Source of the DNA: a bacterium | Lineage (GTDB): Bacteria; Hinthialibacterota; Hinthialibacteria; Hinthialibacterales; Hinthialibacteraceae | Reading direction: 5' to 3' | Assembly: GCA_963662285.2 (NCBI GenBank) | Contig: CAXXMV010000008.1 | Location: 480,001-544,000, forward strand | Length of the DNA stretch: 64,000 bases | Part shown: positions 39,022 to 48,432 of the stretch, in pieces | Layout: the number at the start of each line of letters is the position of its first letter | How positions within the stretch are numbered: the first letter of the stretch is position 1 | Notes under the pieces: model-generated | Databases searched by the model: none | Told to the model about the DNA's origin: nothing | The model's input: the letters and a program-made list of their open reading frames with translations, nothing else | Translations under genes and position numbers: made by a program

Positions 39022-39381
39022 AAAATACCCCACTCCTTAAATTCAAATAATTCAACCGATTACTGCCCAGTAACACCGGTTGAATCCTCCCAAAAAGTAC
39101 AAATAGCGATAGCGATCTTCGCATAACGCCGAACCAAATCAACTTATTTTATCGAATATCTTCAGCAGCTTCAAGAGAAGGGGGAACTAATCATAGTTAA
39201 GTGCATAATCGAAACAATGAAAGTATGCCTTTGGGTGATAGCGTAAAGGATGTCATAACAGGTAATTCGGGTAATTAACCGTTAATATAGCAATTTTTCC
39301 TTGAGATACACTTCAGATTACAGAAGTACCCTCTAGAATAGCCCTTGGATCACCTAATGAAGAATAAAAGGTTTGATAATC

Positions 39382-39819
39382 ATGAATCCAGCTAAAATTG
39401 GAGATACGGTCACCGTACACTATACGGGAACCCTAAAAGATGGATCCGTTTTTGATACATCAGAAAACCAGGAGCCCCTAAATTTCACTCTGGGCAACAA
39501 TGAAATGATCCCCGGCTTTGAAAATGCGATTATCGGATTATCCAAGGGAGAGAGCAAAACTTTCACCCTGACTCCAGATGAAGCCTATGGCGAACAAGAT
39601 GATGAATTGATCATTAACATGCCCCGGTCAGAATTCCCTCCCGAAATTGATCCGGAAGTGGGAATGGTGCTTAAAGTAACCAATGAGGACGACGAAGAAG
39701 AAGACACGCACCTGATGATTACTGAATTGACTGATGACGAAATCACGCTTGATGGCAATCATCCATTAGCTGGAGAAGAACTCACTTTTGAAATTAATAT
39801 AGTTGAGATCGTTGAATGA
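39382..39819 (+). CDS. FKBP-type peptidyl-prolyl isomerase (SlyD/FkpB-like, no His-rich tail)
   Basis: VHYTGTL.DG.VFDTS, MIPGFE, EAYG, DGNHPLAGEELTFEI. Confidence 0.93.
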   Translation: MNPAKIGDTVTVHYTGTLKDGSVFDTSENQEPLNFTLGNNEMIPGFENAIIGLSKGESKTFTLTPDEAYGEQDDELIINMPRSEFPPEIDPEVGMVLKVTNEDDEEEDTHLMITELTDDEITLDGNHPLAGEELTFEINIVEIVE

Positions 39820-41267
39820 ACCTATCACGTCGGCTTTTCTTACAGAAAACAGGCGCCGCTGCATTGCTCGCCGCAACTGGTTTGGAAAAAAGCGCACTGG
39901 CGCAAGAACGCCCTAATATCTTATGGATAATCGGAGAAGACCTGTGCCCCGATTTAGGATGCTATGGCAATAAATTAGTCCATACCCCAAATCTAGATCA
40001 ACTGGCCAGCCAAGGCGTCCGCTTCACCAATGCCTTCACCACAGCTCCAGTCTGTTCGGCGGTGCGGTCTGCATTTATGACGGGAATGTACCAGACATCC
40101 ATCGGCGCCCATAACCACCGCAGCCACCGTACAGATGGTTACCGGCTGCCATCAGGAGTCCGGCTAGTCACCGATTATTTCCGCGACGCCGGTTATTTTA
40201 CCTGTAATGTCAAAACCATTGCGCCCGGAGTTAAGGGAACCGCCAAAACCGATTTTAATTTTACGGTTGATAAACCTTTTGACGGGACGGACTGGAATCA
40301 ACGCCGGGAGGGCCAACCCTTCTTCGCCCAGATCAATCTGCAGGAAGCCCATCGGAAATTTAAACGCGCCAAGGATAATGCGGTTAATCCTGATGACGTC
40401 GAGATTCCACCTTACTATCCAGATCACCCCATCACGCGACGCGACTGGGCTGACTATCTCGATACCATAGGATATCTGGATAAAAATATTGGCGTAATTC
40501 TAGAACGATTGGAAAACGAGGGTCTGGCCGACAACACGGTCGTTCTCTTCATGGGAGATCATGGCCGATGCCATGTACGCGGTAAACAATGGCTCTACGA
40601 CGGCGGCATCCATATCCCGCTTATAGTGCGCTGGCCGGGCAGAATCAGGGCTGAACAGGTGCGAGATGAAATGGTCAGTTCAATAGACGTGACAGCTACT
40701 TTGCTCAAAACCGCTGGCATTGAACCTCCCCGCAATATGGAAGGCCAGGTCTTTCTTGGCCCCAATCGCGACCCGGAACGTGAGTATATTATCGCGGCGC
40801 GTGATCGCTGCGACGAAACAGTCGATTGCATCCGATGCGTTAGATCCAAGGATTTCAAGTACATACGCAATTACCTACCCGAACGTCCCTACTCGCAATT
40901 AAACCGTTATAAAGAATGCTCCTATCCCGTATTGCGCCTGATGCGCCGTCTTAATAAAGCAGGAGAACTGACGCCAGCGCAGGCCAGGTTCATGGCGCCA
41001 GTCAGGCCTAAAGAGGAACTTTATGATTTACGCAATGATCCCCATGAAATTCATAACCTGGCTGGTGATGCTAACAGCGCTGACACGCTGATAAAGATGC
41101 GCGGCATACTCGATAACTGGGTAAAGGATACCGGCGATCAAGGACAGACGCTCGAAGAACCTTCAATTCATGAATACCACCTGAAGGCTCTTAAGCAAAG
41201 TTACGATAAACGGCTGAAGAAACTTTATGACGATGAGGGAATGGGATTAGAGGATATAAACCTCTAA
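39816..41267 (+). CDS. Tat-exported Cys-type (formylglycine) sulfatase
   Basis: SRRLFL signal; RPNILWI, TPNLDQLA, CSAVRSAFMTG, GDHG, EELYDL..DPHE..NLA. Confidence 0.93.
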   Translation: MNLSRRLFLQKTGAAALLAATGLEKSALAQERPNILWIIGEDLCPDLGCYGNKLVHTPNLDQLASQGVRFTNAFTTAPVCSAVRSAFMTGMYQTSIGAHNHRSHRTDGYRLPSGVRLVTDYFRDAGYFTCNVKTIAPGVKGTAKTDFNFTVDKPFDGTDWNQRREGQPFFAQINLQEAHRKFKRAKDNAVNPDDVEIPPYYPDHPITRRDWADYLDTIGYLDKNIGVILERLENEGLADNTVVLFMGDHGRCHVRGKQWLYDGGIHIPLIVRWPGRIRAEQVRDEMVSSIDVTATLLKTAGIEPPRNMEGQVFLGPNRDPEREYIIAARDRCDETVDCIRCVRSKDFKYIRNYLPERPYSQLNRYKECSYPVLRLMRRLNKAGELTPAQARFMAPVRPKEELYDLRNDPHEIHNLAGDANSADTLIKMRGILDNWVKDTGDQGQTLEEPSIHEYHLKALKQSYDKRLKKLYDDEGMGLEDINL

Positions 41268-41290
41268 GACTAAGCAAAGATAAAGATAGA

Positions 41291-41321
41291 AAAAAGCCCA
41301 ATCAAATCTGATTGGGCTTTT
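41291..41321. terminator. Bidirectional intrinsic terminator
   Basis: aaaaagcccaatca-aatc-tgattgggctttt between convergent genes. Confidence 0.85.
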
Positions 41322-41359
41322 CGTTATGCATTTTCAAAAGGCTTTATTCCAACAAAGAC

Positions 41360-43852
41360 TTATCGGAACAATTCCCAATTTTCATAGGATGATGCAGGTA
41401 GATTATCCGAATATGTCAGTATTTCTTTACCTGTATAATAACCAAAGAGATACTCAGCATAGAATTTCCACTCCACTTCATCATCATCCGAAGATACCTG
41501 ATAAAAAGCAAAATTGCCATATTCACGGTCGCCATTTTCAGTCATCAATAGACTCGATAATAGACCGACTGTTTCCTCGGTTACGTTAAATAATGCTTCA
41601 ACCGACTGTTCTGCATCAGGAGCGGACGGCCAACCCATGTCTTCCATCATCAAGACATACATCCATAAGCATTCATAGGCTGCAACATCAAAGGCCCGCG
41701 GCTCATTATCAATGTGCGTAGCGATATCGTTGATAACAACACAGGGTGGAAGGCTTAAATGGTGCGTCTGGTCCACTCCAATTATGGAGGCGGTAAACCG
41801 TAGTTGACTGGCAATCTCCGCAGATTCCGGGTTTTCTAAAATACCGTTATTGAGCGCAGTGGAATCAGTCCCAAACCAGCGGAACTTATTCAAAGAAGAG
41901 TTATCGGGAATAGCAGAGAAAATGTCTGCTATTTCATCATAAGCAATAACAACAATAGCTGTTTTCATGATATTCTGGTTCTGGATGTTATTCTTGAGTT
42001 GATCTACAACGGGGGAGAAATCCGTCGTTCCGATATCATACGAGATGCTTTCGCCAAATTGTCCGCCTAGTTCTTCAAACGCCGTTTTCAAGTTGGAATA
42101 TAAACCTGATCCATAAGTATCATTGCGGTATAGCGCATTGATCTTTGAGTATCCCTGATCTTTAATCAACGCCGCAATCGCTGTGACCTGTTTGTAGTCG
42201 TTCATTACCAGGCGGAAAATGTTATCCTTTTTTGATAGCGTAGTGGCAGTACTGGAAGGAGAAAGAAGCATTATTCCATTTTCCTCAACAAAAGGAGCAA
42301 CTTTTTCCAAAGCGGAACTGGTTACAGGGCCAATGAAATAACGAATGCCCTGGGCGTACATTTCCTGCATCTTTTGCAAGGCCGTATCAGGATCAGTCGC
42401 AGTATCTTCAACCACCAGTTCAACGCTTGAACCGGGCGTATGAACGCGCTTAAAAATTTCGTTAACATGAAGGCTAGCCAATTCCAATGATTTATTGATC
42501 AATTGTCCACCTTCCGCATAATCACCGGATAGAGGCATCAAAGCGCCAATTTTAAGGTATTTATCCAGATTGTCTGGAATATATATCTCGCTGGAGAATT
42601 TCTCACGAACAATGTTGCCGCCAAATAGATAGCAAGAATAGGAACCGGCCGGGGTCCATTTTTGATCTTCTAAATATTGATAAAATCCATATATGGCATT
42701 TATAGAGTCGCCATTTTGATCGAAAAATGGATAACCTTTAAATCCCATAAAAATTGTGGATATTCGAATCAGTTCATTTTTCAAATCATAAGTTCCCTCG
42801 AACTGAGAAATCCCAGCCATCCAGAGTGCATCATAAGAAGCGGATTCGAGAGAAGTCATTTGATAATTAGTTTTTGATATGATCTTGGAATATAAGAGTT
42901 CATCGGTTAATGAATAATGAAAGAAGGGGTAAAACCGCGCGTCAGATGTAGACATTGAGGCCGTAAATTCGACCTGCGCGGCAAAAGCAGAAGCGATGTC
43001 ATCTTGACTAATGATTTCATTCCTGGCAGTTCCATCAGCTCCAAACCAACGAACAGCTTTGAGAATATCTTGGCTGGAAGCGGCTTTAAGTATTTCTGCT
43101 ACCTCATCAAATGAAACAACAACGATTCCTACCTTGGCTTCAGCATTTTCCTGTTGAATAGTATCAACTACATTTGTAAGTTGAGCAATCAAAGTTTGAT
43201 AATCAGTAGTTTGCACATCATAAAAAATCGGTTCTGATAGAGTACCTATTTCTGCGTAACTTGATTGAAACGCAGCGGCGAAGTCCTGACCATAATTATC
43301 ATTTCGCGAAATAAGGACGATATGATCGACATCTTCGGACTGAATAAACTTGGCTAAAGCAACTGACTGCAGGCTATCGTTTGTGCAAAGCCTGAAAATG
43401 TTATCATCCAGCGCCAGAGAGAGCGCCGTGCTGGTTGGTGATATCAAAACGCAGTTATTCTCATCCGCAAACGGTTTGACGCGCAACAGCGCTTCACTCG
43501 AAAAAGGACCTACAAATATTCGGAATCCTGCCTGATATAAAGATTGCAATTTGGTTAATGCAGTTTCCGGGTCTGTACCAGTATCTTCAATTACCAAATT
43601 AATGTGAACCTTTGGATACTCACGCTCAAAGTCTTCCAGTGCAACTTCCAATGTGGCTTTTGCAGCATTCCCTAAATTAACGAGAGAACCTGTTAATGGT
43701 ACTAAAGCGCCGATTGATAGCGTTGTTTCTCCTGGTGGAGCGGGAAAAACGACTTGAGAATTACTCGCGCCCGGTAATCCGATTAAAACGGTAAGCAGAA
43801 TCGGTAAAAAAAGCATACCCATTCTATTGTTCCATCTGCTGCATAAATTCAT
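41360..43852 (-). CDS. Secreted protein with two tandem LivJ-like binding domains and C-terminal WELFR tag
   Basis: Signal peptide; duplicated IGAL.PL.G...EDT.TDP.TAL...GP..S...SP.ST...IFRL..ND...RND.YG...RWFG.D; ends SSYENWELFR. Confidence 0.85.
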   Translation of the reverse strand: MNLCSRWNNRMGMLFLPILLTVLIGLPGASNSQVVFPAPPGETTLSIGALVPLTGSLVNLGNAAKATLEVALEDFEREYPKVHINLVIEDTGTDPETALTKLQSLYQAGFRIFVGPFSSEALLRVKPFADENNCVLISPTSTALSLALDDNIFRLCTNDSLQSVALAKFIQSEDVDHIVLISRNDNYGQDFAAAFQSSYAEIGTLSEPIFYDVQTTDYQTLIAQLTNVVDTIQQENAEAKVGIVVVSFDEVAEILKAASSQDILKAVRWFGADGTARNEIISQDDIASAFAAQVEFTASMSTSDARFYPFFHYSLTDELLYSKIISKTNYQMTSLESASYDALWMAGISQFEGTYDLKNELIRISTIFMGFKGYPFFDQNGDSINAIYGFYQYLEDQKWTPAGSYSCYLFGGNIVREKFSSEIYIPDNLDKYLKIGALMPLSGDYAEGGQLINKSLELASLHVNEIFKRVHTPGSSVELVVEDTATDPDTALQKMQEMYAQGIRYFIGPVTSSALEKVAPFVEENGIMLLSPSSTATTLSKKDNIFRLVMNDYKQVTAIAALIKDQGYSKINALYRNDTYGSGLYSNLKTAFEELGGQFGESISYDIGTTDFSPVVDQLKNNIQNQNIMKTAIVVIAYDEIADIFSAIPDNSSLNKFRWFGTDSTALNNGILENPESAEIASQLRFTASIIGVDQTHHLSLPPCVVINDIATHIDNEPRAFDVAAYECLWMYVLMMEDMGWPSAPDAEQSVEALFNVTEETVGLLSSLLMTENGDREYGNFAFYQVSSDDDEVEWKFYAEYLFGYYTGKEILTYSDNLPASSYENWELFR

Positions 43853-43918
43853 AAATCTTCTCCATCATTTTTTAATCATACGGTAGATATTCCCTAATAA
43901 TATAAGTATAACTCAAAA

Positions 43919-43970
43919 CTGCTCCTATTGTGAAAAATACTAATCACAGAATTTTTCACAATAGGAGCAG
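43919..43970. terminator. 20-bp perfect hairpin downstream of csp
   Basis: ctgctcctattgtgaaaaat-(12 nt)-atttttcacaataggagcag. Confidence 0.65.
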
Positions 43971-44029
43971 AGATTAAAAAGTTAAAAGATTTGATATTAT
44001 TAAGATTCGTGGATGCTAAAAAACATAAA

Positions 44030-44230
44030 TCAGACTATCACTACATTAACCGCTTTGGGACCTTTGTCCCCATCGGTGACATCGTATTCGACTTGGTCGC
44101 CTTCTTGCAGATTTTTGAAACCGTCACCCTTTATTCCACTATAATGAACGAAGATATCTTTGCCCTCTTGTTGTTCAATAAAACCATACCCCTTCTGCTT
44201 GTTGAACCATTTGACTGTCCCGATTAGCAT
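44030..44230 (-). CDS. csp: Cold-shock protein
   Basis: [27 protein letters not shown]; AAGGAG RBS. Confidence 0.97.
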   Translation of the reverse strand: MLIGTVKWFNKQKGYGFIEQQEGKDIFVHYSGIKGDGFKNLQEGDQVEYDVTDGDKGPKAVNVVIV

Positions 44231-44374
44231 TATTACTCTGCTCCTTTTCTCTTATTATGCATTGCCTGAAGTGTTTCAACACAATAAACGGCAGCATTAT
44301 ACATAATATTTGATGAAGCGCTACAGCAGGCGCCGATTATGCAACATTATTACAGGCTATTCTCAGAGATTGGT

Positions 44375-44797
44375 TCAACCAAAAGAGAGACCGGTTAATT
44401 GTTGGCCTTTTTCTTCCCATGCCATTCCTTCTTTAGCCCAGTCCATGACCTGATCGTGAAAACCCGGATCGATAGATAACGCAGTTTGAATCGCATCAAT
44501 TGATTTCTGCTCTTCACTGGTTATTTCGTTATTGGCCAATAATAAAAGGACGCATTGCTGATAAATGAATTTTTTCTGCGCTTCATCCTCGAATAGTTCT
44601 AAACGTTTCTTGATAGATTCGAGCGACTCAAAATCTTCCGATAACGCTTCATCGATTTTGGCGGCGTGCAGATCCATCTTTAATCCGATCAGACGAATTC
44701 GCACGGCTTCCAGTAGATCAAAATTCCTATCGATAGAGGCCAGGTCCCGCAAGATGGTGATAATCTGATATTTTTGGTCTTCAGATAATTTCGACAT
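44375..44797 (-). CDS. TerB-like protein
   Basis: LASIDRNFDLLE and LLANNEITSEE duplicated helical motifs; AAGGAG RBS. Confidence 0.7.
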   Translation of the reverse strand: MSKLSEDQKYQIITILRDLASIDRNFDLLEAVRIRLIGLKMDLHAAKIDEALSEDFESLESIKKRLELFEDEAQKKFIYQQCVLLLLANNEITSEEQKSIDAIQTALSIDPGFHDQVMDWAKEGMAWEEKGQQLTGLSFG

Positions 44798-44949
44798 AAG
44801 ATAACTCCTTTGGTTTGAGTGATATAGTTTTTTTTTATCATATTATATAATTTTTACAACATTAATATTACGAATATAATAGAGGCTTTATTCTATAGAT
44901 TTGCTCAGATTAGAGTGGTTTGCATAATAACGCTCTTAGATAGACCACT

Positions 44950-45555
44950 CTATCGATACAATTCATTTTCTTTAATATATTCCTGCACTAGATCAGGAGT
45001 TAGATCAGTAACGGGAAGCCCGTCCTTAATACGTTGACGAATGAGGGAAGAAGAGATATCAAGCAGAGGCATTTCAACATACTGCACACGGGGATTGGGC
45101 ATATTTACTCCATCGGCGCCAATATTAGAACCGGGTCGGGAAAAAATAGCGATATCAAATTCTTGCAGAAGTTTATCGCCTTCTTTCCAAGAGGGAATCC
45201 GGCTTATCCAATCTCCCCCGGTCAACAGTATTATATCGCATCCCGCAAGCTCATTTTTCTGGAAATGACGCAGGGTATCAACCGTATACGAGAAATCCTC
45301 ACGCTCTGCTTCATAAGAGCTCAGTTCAAACCGGGGATTTGCGGTTATCGCCAGACGGAGCATCTCCAAGCGGTGCGCCGCGGGAGCGACTTCGCCTTCA
45401 TCTTTATAACACGTGCGTCCACCGGATGGAACGAATATCACCCTATCAAGCAATAACTTGTCTAACGCCGTTTGCGCCAGAACCATATGGGCTGTATGAA
45501 CCGGATTAAAGCGTCCCCCGTATATTCCAATGCGTTTCTTGTTGTAGTCGTTCAC
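44950..45555 (-). CDS. nadD: Nicotinate-nucleotide adenylyltransferase
   Basis: IGIYGGRFNPVHTAH, HRLEML, SYTVDTL, ISSSLIR; follows proA as is common. Confidence 0.95.
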   Translation of the reverse strand: MNDYNKKRIGIYGGRFNPVHTAHMVLAQTALDKLLLDRVIFVPSGGRTCYKDEGEVAPAAHRLEMLRLAITANPRFELSSYEAEREDFSYTVDTLRHFQKNELAGCDIILLTGGDWISRIPSWKEGDKLLQEFDIAIFSRPGSNIGADGVNMPNPRVQYVEMPLLDISSSLIRQRIKDGLPVTDLTPDLVQEYIKENELYR

Positions 45556-45566
45556 TCTTCCGCCAT

Positions 45567-45650
45567 GTAGGGTGGGTCACGCTTTACCGACCCACTATAT
45601 AAATAAATACGTAATTGATTCGGTGGATCATAAAACGCGACCCACCCTAC
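45567..45650. repeat. Inverted pair of GTAG REPs (REPIN-like doublet)
   Basis: gtagggtgggtcacgctttaccgacccac ... ggtggatcataaaacgcgacccaccctac. Confidence 0.8.
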
Positions 45651-45671
45651 AGGATTGTTATAAACATTATG

Positions 45672-46955
45672 CTATGTTCTGATATGCCCATCACCGTAGA
45701 CGATGAATTTCTGACATGTCAGTTCAACGATCCCCATCGGGCCGCGGGCGTGCATTTTGTCAGTCGAGATGCCCATTTCGGCGCCTAAGCCATACTCGCC
45801 GCCATCAGAAAAACGGGTGGAAGCGTTAATCATAACGGATGAAGAATCCACTTCTCTGAGGAAGCGTTGAGTGGAGGCGTAATCGTTGGATACGATAGAT
45901 TCAGTATGCCGCGATGAATATTTCTCTATATGCTCCAAGGCTTCGTCAAAACTATCGACTATTTTAAGCGCTACGATAAGATCGAGATATTCTTCGCTCC
46001 AATCCTCTTCAGTAGCCGCTTTTAGATCTGGATATAGTTCCAGAGTCTTGGCGCATCCACGAACTTCCACATTTTTCTCTTTGAGATCAGCCAGCAGTTT
46101 TTTGAGTAACTCGCCCGACTGCGCTTTATGCACCAGGAATGTTTCAGCGGCGTTACAGACGCCCGGACGTTGGATTTTGGCGTTCAAACATATATTACGA
46201 GCCATCTGCTCATCAGCGTATTGATCGACGTAAACATGACAGTTGCCGTCATAATGCTTCAAAACCGGAATGGTGGCATGTTCGACAACCGCCTCGATCA
46301 ACGACTTACCGCCTCGCGGGATAATCACATCAACCAATCCCCGCAGACGGCACATGGCTCTAACCGCCTGCCGGTCAGTAGTCTCGATAAACGAAACCGC
46401 CGCTTTGGGCAGACCATTATCAATCATGGCTTCCTGCAACAATTTGGCGAGAACCGTATTGGAATGGATGGCTTCAGAACCGCCGCGCAAAAGACAAGCA
46501 TTGCCCGATTTAAGGCATAAGGCCGCAGCATCAGCAGTTACGTTGGGGCGCGATTCATAGATCAAGCCGATGACGCCCAGGGGAACGCGCATCCGGCCTA
46601 CCCGCATTCCATTAGGGCGGACGCGCAAATCGGTCACTTCTCCGACGGGATCAGGCAGCGCGGCCACTTCTTCCAACATGGCCGCGACAGATTCCAGGCG
46701 GCTGTCAGTCAGTTCCAGGCGATCCAGCATGGCGGAACTGAGACCTTTCTCTTTTCCCGCTTCGAGATCAAACTGGTTTTGCTGCTGGATATCCGGCGCA
46801 CATCGGCGAACAAGCGCCGCCGCTTCACGTAAGGCGCGGTTTTTAACTTCCGTTGAAGTCCGGGCCAATTCGACCGAGGCTTTGCGGGCCTCTTCGGCAA
46901 TGCCTCTAACGTAGGCTTCGACGTCTTTTATGGTTCCATTGGTTGAATCAGACAT
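45672..46955 (-). CDS. proA: Gamma-glutamyl phosphate reductase
   Basis: VPLGVIGLIYESRPNVT, LRGGSEA, PRGG, CNAAET, NASTRFSDG, STDKMHARGPMG. Confidence 0.98.
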   Translation of the reverse strand: MSDSTNGTIKDVEAYVRGIAEEARKASVELARTSTEVKNRALREAAALVRRCAPDIQQQNQFDLEAGKEKGLSSAMLDRLELTDSRLESVAAMLEEVAALPDPVGEVTDLRVRPNGMRVGRMRVPLGVIGLIYESRPNVTADAAALCLKSGNACLLRGGSEAIHSNTVLAKLLQEAMIDNGLPKAAVSFIETTDRQAVRAMCRLRGLVDVIIPRGGKSLIEAVVEHATIPVLKHYDGNCHVYVDQYADEQMARNICLNAKIQRPGVCNAAETFLVHKAQSGELLKKLLADLKEKNVEVRGCAKTLELYPDLKAATEEDWSEEYLDLIVALKIVDSFDEALEHIEKYSSRHTESIVSNDYASTQRFLREVDSSSVMINASTRFSDGGEYGLGAEMGISTDKMHARGPMGIVELTCQKFIVYGDGHIRT

Positions 46956-47064
46956 AATGATCCTCAAAATCTGTATGTTTGTAATAAAACTTAAGTAAAG
47001 TGATACTCTGGCTTAGTAATGGTATTTCGTCAAGATAATTGGGTAAAAGTGCTAAAATCCAGCC

Positions 47065-47143
47065 GGGCGCCAAGGGCAGTGTATTTTCTGCCCTTGATTG
47101 AGTCCACCTCTTATTACCAGAATTCCCACCAGTAATCGACATC
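47065..47143. repeat. Family B repeat with extended arm
   Basis: gggcgccaagggcagtgtattttctgcccttgat identical to 29631, plus an extension similar to 27927-27969. Confidence 0.8.
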
Positions 47144-47162
47144 TTATATTAAGGTGAAAGCG

Positions 47163-48089
47163 CTAGAATCCGGTGAAAATACGCCGGGCGTATTCGCCGC
47201 TCAGTTTTAGCGCTGGTACGGTTGTCATGGTTTTAGGAGTTCCCTTCTCCACCGCCTGTTCCAGAACGATATGAGGTTTGATTCCCGCCTTTAAGAGAAA
47301 GTCGGCCAATGCAATGTAATCGATGTCGCCTTCAGCAAAAGTTTCTGACCATACCCCATCATTGGATTGCCGCAGATGCAACTCAACGATGCGGGATGCA
47401 TAGAGTTTCATGATATCAAACAGAGCAACCTCCGAGTCGCCCGAACCCCGGTATACCCAGTGAGAATCAAGACACAATTTGACGTATCGTGGATCGGTTC
47501 CGATCATCATGTGGTGGAATTCACGGGCGGCGTTTCGCAGTTCTACGTCGTGGTTATGGTATGCCAGAGTTAATCCCATATCCGCCAGTTTTTCGCCCAG
47601 CGTCTCCAGCGACGCCGCTTGAATTCTCAGTTGCCCATCATCTTTATTCTGAGGACCACTCCATTGGATCGGGCTGGGATTGGTGACGATGATTGTGGTT
47701 CCGGCGGATTTTGCTTTTTCTGCAATAGCCAGAACGCTGTCGATGCTCTCGGTCGCACTCTTCTGGTCATGAAGAACGCTGTTGACGTAAAGCGAGCGCA
47801 TTTCAAGACCATTCTTCCGTAATAATGGCGCATATAAATCAATTTGCTCTGGCTCGGTGATCGAAGGCTCCAGTCCATCCATTCCACTGGCGGCGATAGC
47901 TTCGAAACCTTCTTCCAACGACTTATTGAAATCGCGACCGTCTCTACTGAAGTAGACAGTCCAGGAATACTGGTTGGAAGCAATGTGCAGTTTTTTTTCA
48001 CGGGCTGCGCTTTCACCCGCTCCCGCCAAAAAAGCGCCTGCCGCCAGCCCGGTGTATTTAATCATTGTCCGGCGTGATATATAACTCAT
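47163..48089 (-). CDS. Tat-exported sugar-phosphate isomerase/epimerase (IolE/xylose-isomerase-like TIM barrel)
   Basis: SRRTMI signal; LAYHNH, CLDSHW, ELHLRQ, EGDIDY, VLEQ. Confidence 0.88.
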   Translation of the reverse strand: MSYISRRTMIKYTGLAAGAFLAGAGESAAREKKLHIASNQYSWTVYFSRDGRDFNKSLEEGFEAIAASGMDGLEPSITEPEQIDLYAPLLRKNGLEMRSLYVNSVLHDQKSATESIDSVLAIAEKAKSAGTTIIVTNPSPIQWSGPQNKDDGQLRIQAASLETLGEKLADMGLTLAYHNHDVELRNAAREFHHMMIGTDPRYVKLCLDSHWVYRGSGDSEVALFDIMKLYASRIVELHLRQSNDGVWSETFAEGDIDYIALADFLLKAGIKPHIVLEQAVEKGTPKTMTTVPALKLSGEYARRIFTGF

Positions 48090-48432
48090 TGTTTTGGTTC
48101 TCCCTTAGTTTCTATAAATTCCATTACATTGGCCTATTCAATCATATCACAATTGACTCGGAAAAGTTGAGTTCTAATGCCTTCAAATGCAAAATAGATA
48201 CGGCTTGTTAGAATAACCTAATTTATAAAAAATCTGTATCAGGTAAAAAAGGATACCTATCTCATCAAGACCTTGTTGTGCTTATTGATTTCTTTTAATA
48301 TAAATGGATCATTACGGTTCTATCCCAATCGTGTACGGATTAACACATTCTTATTAATAGGTGTTCAATTCGTATAAGCAGGTATATGAAAAAATCTCCT
48401 GCAAAAAAACATCTTCCAAAAAGGGGAGCATT

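Noticed and set aside
48361-48432. Longer start for oxidoreductase copy 2
   Set aside because: The paralog, the RBS and the Tat signal position all support ATG 48433.
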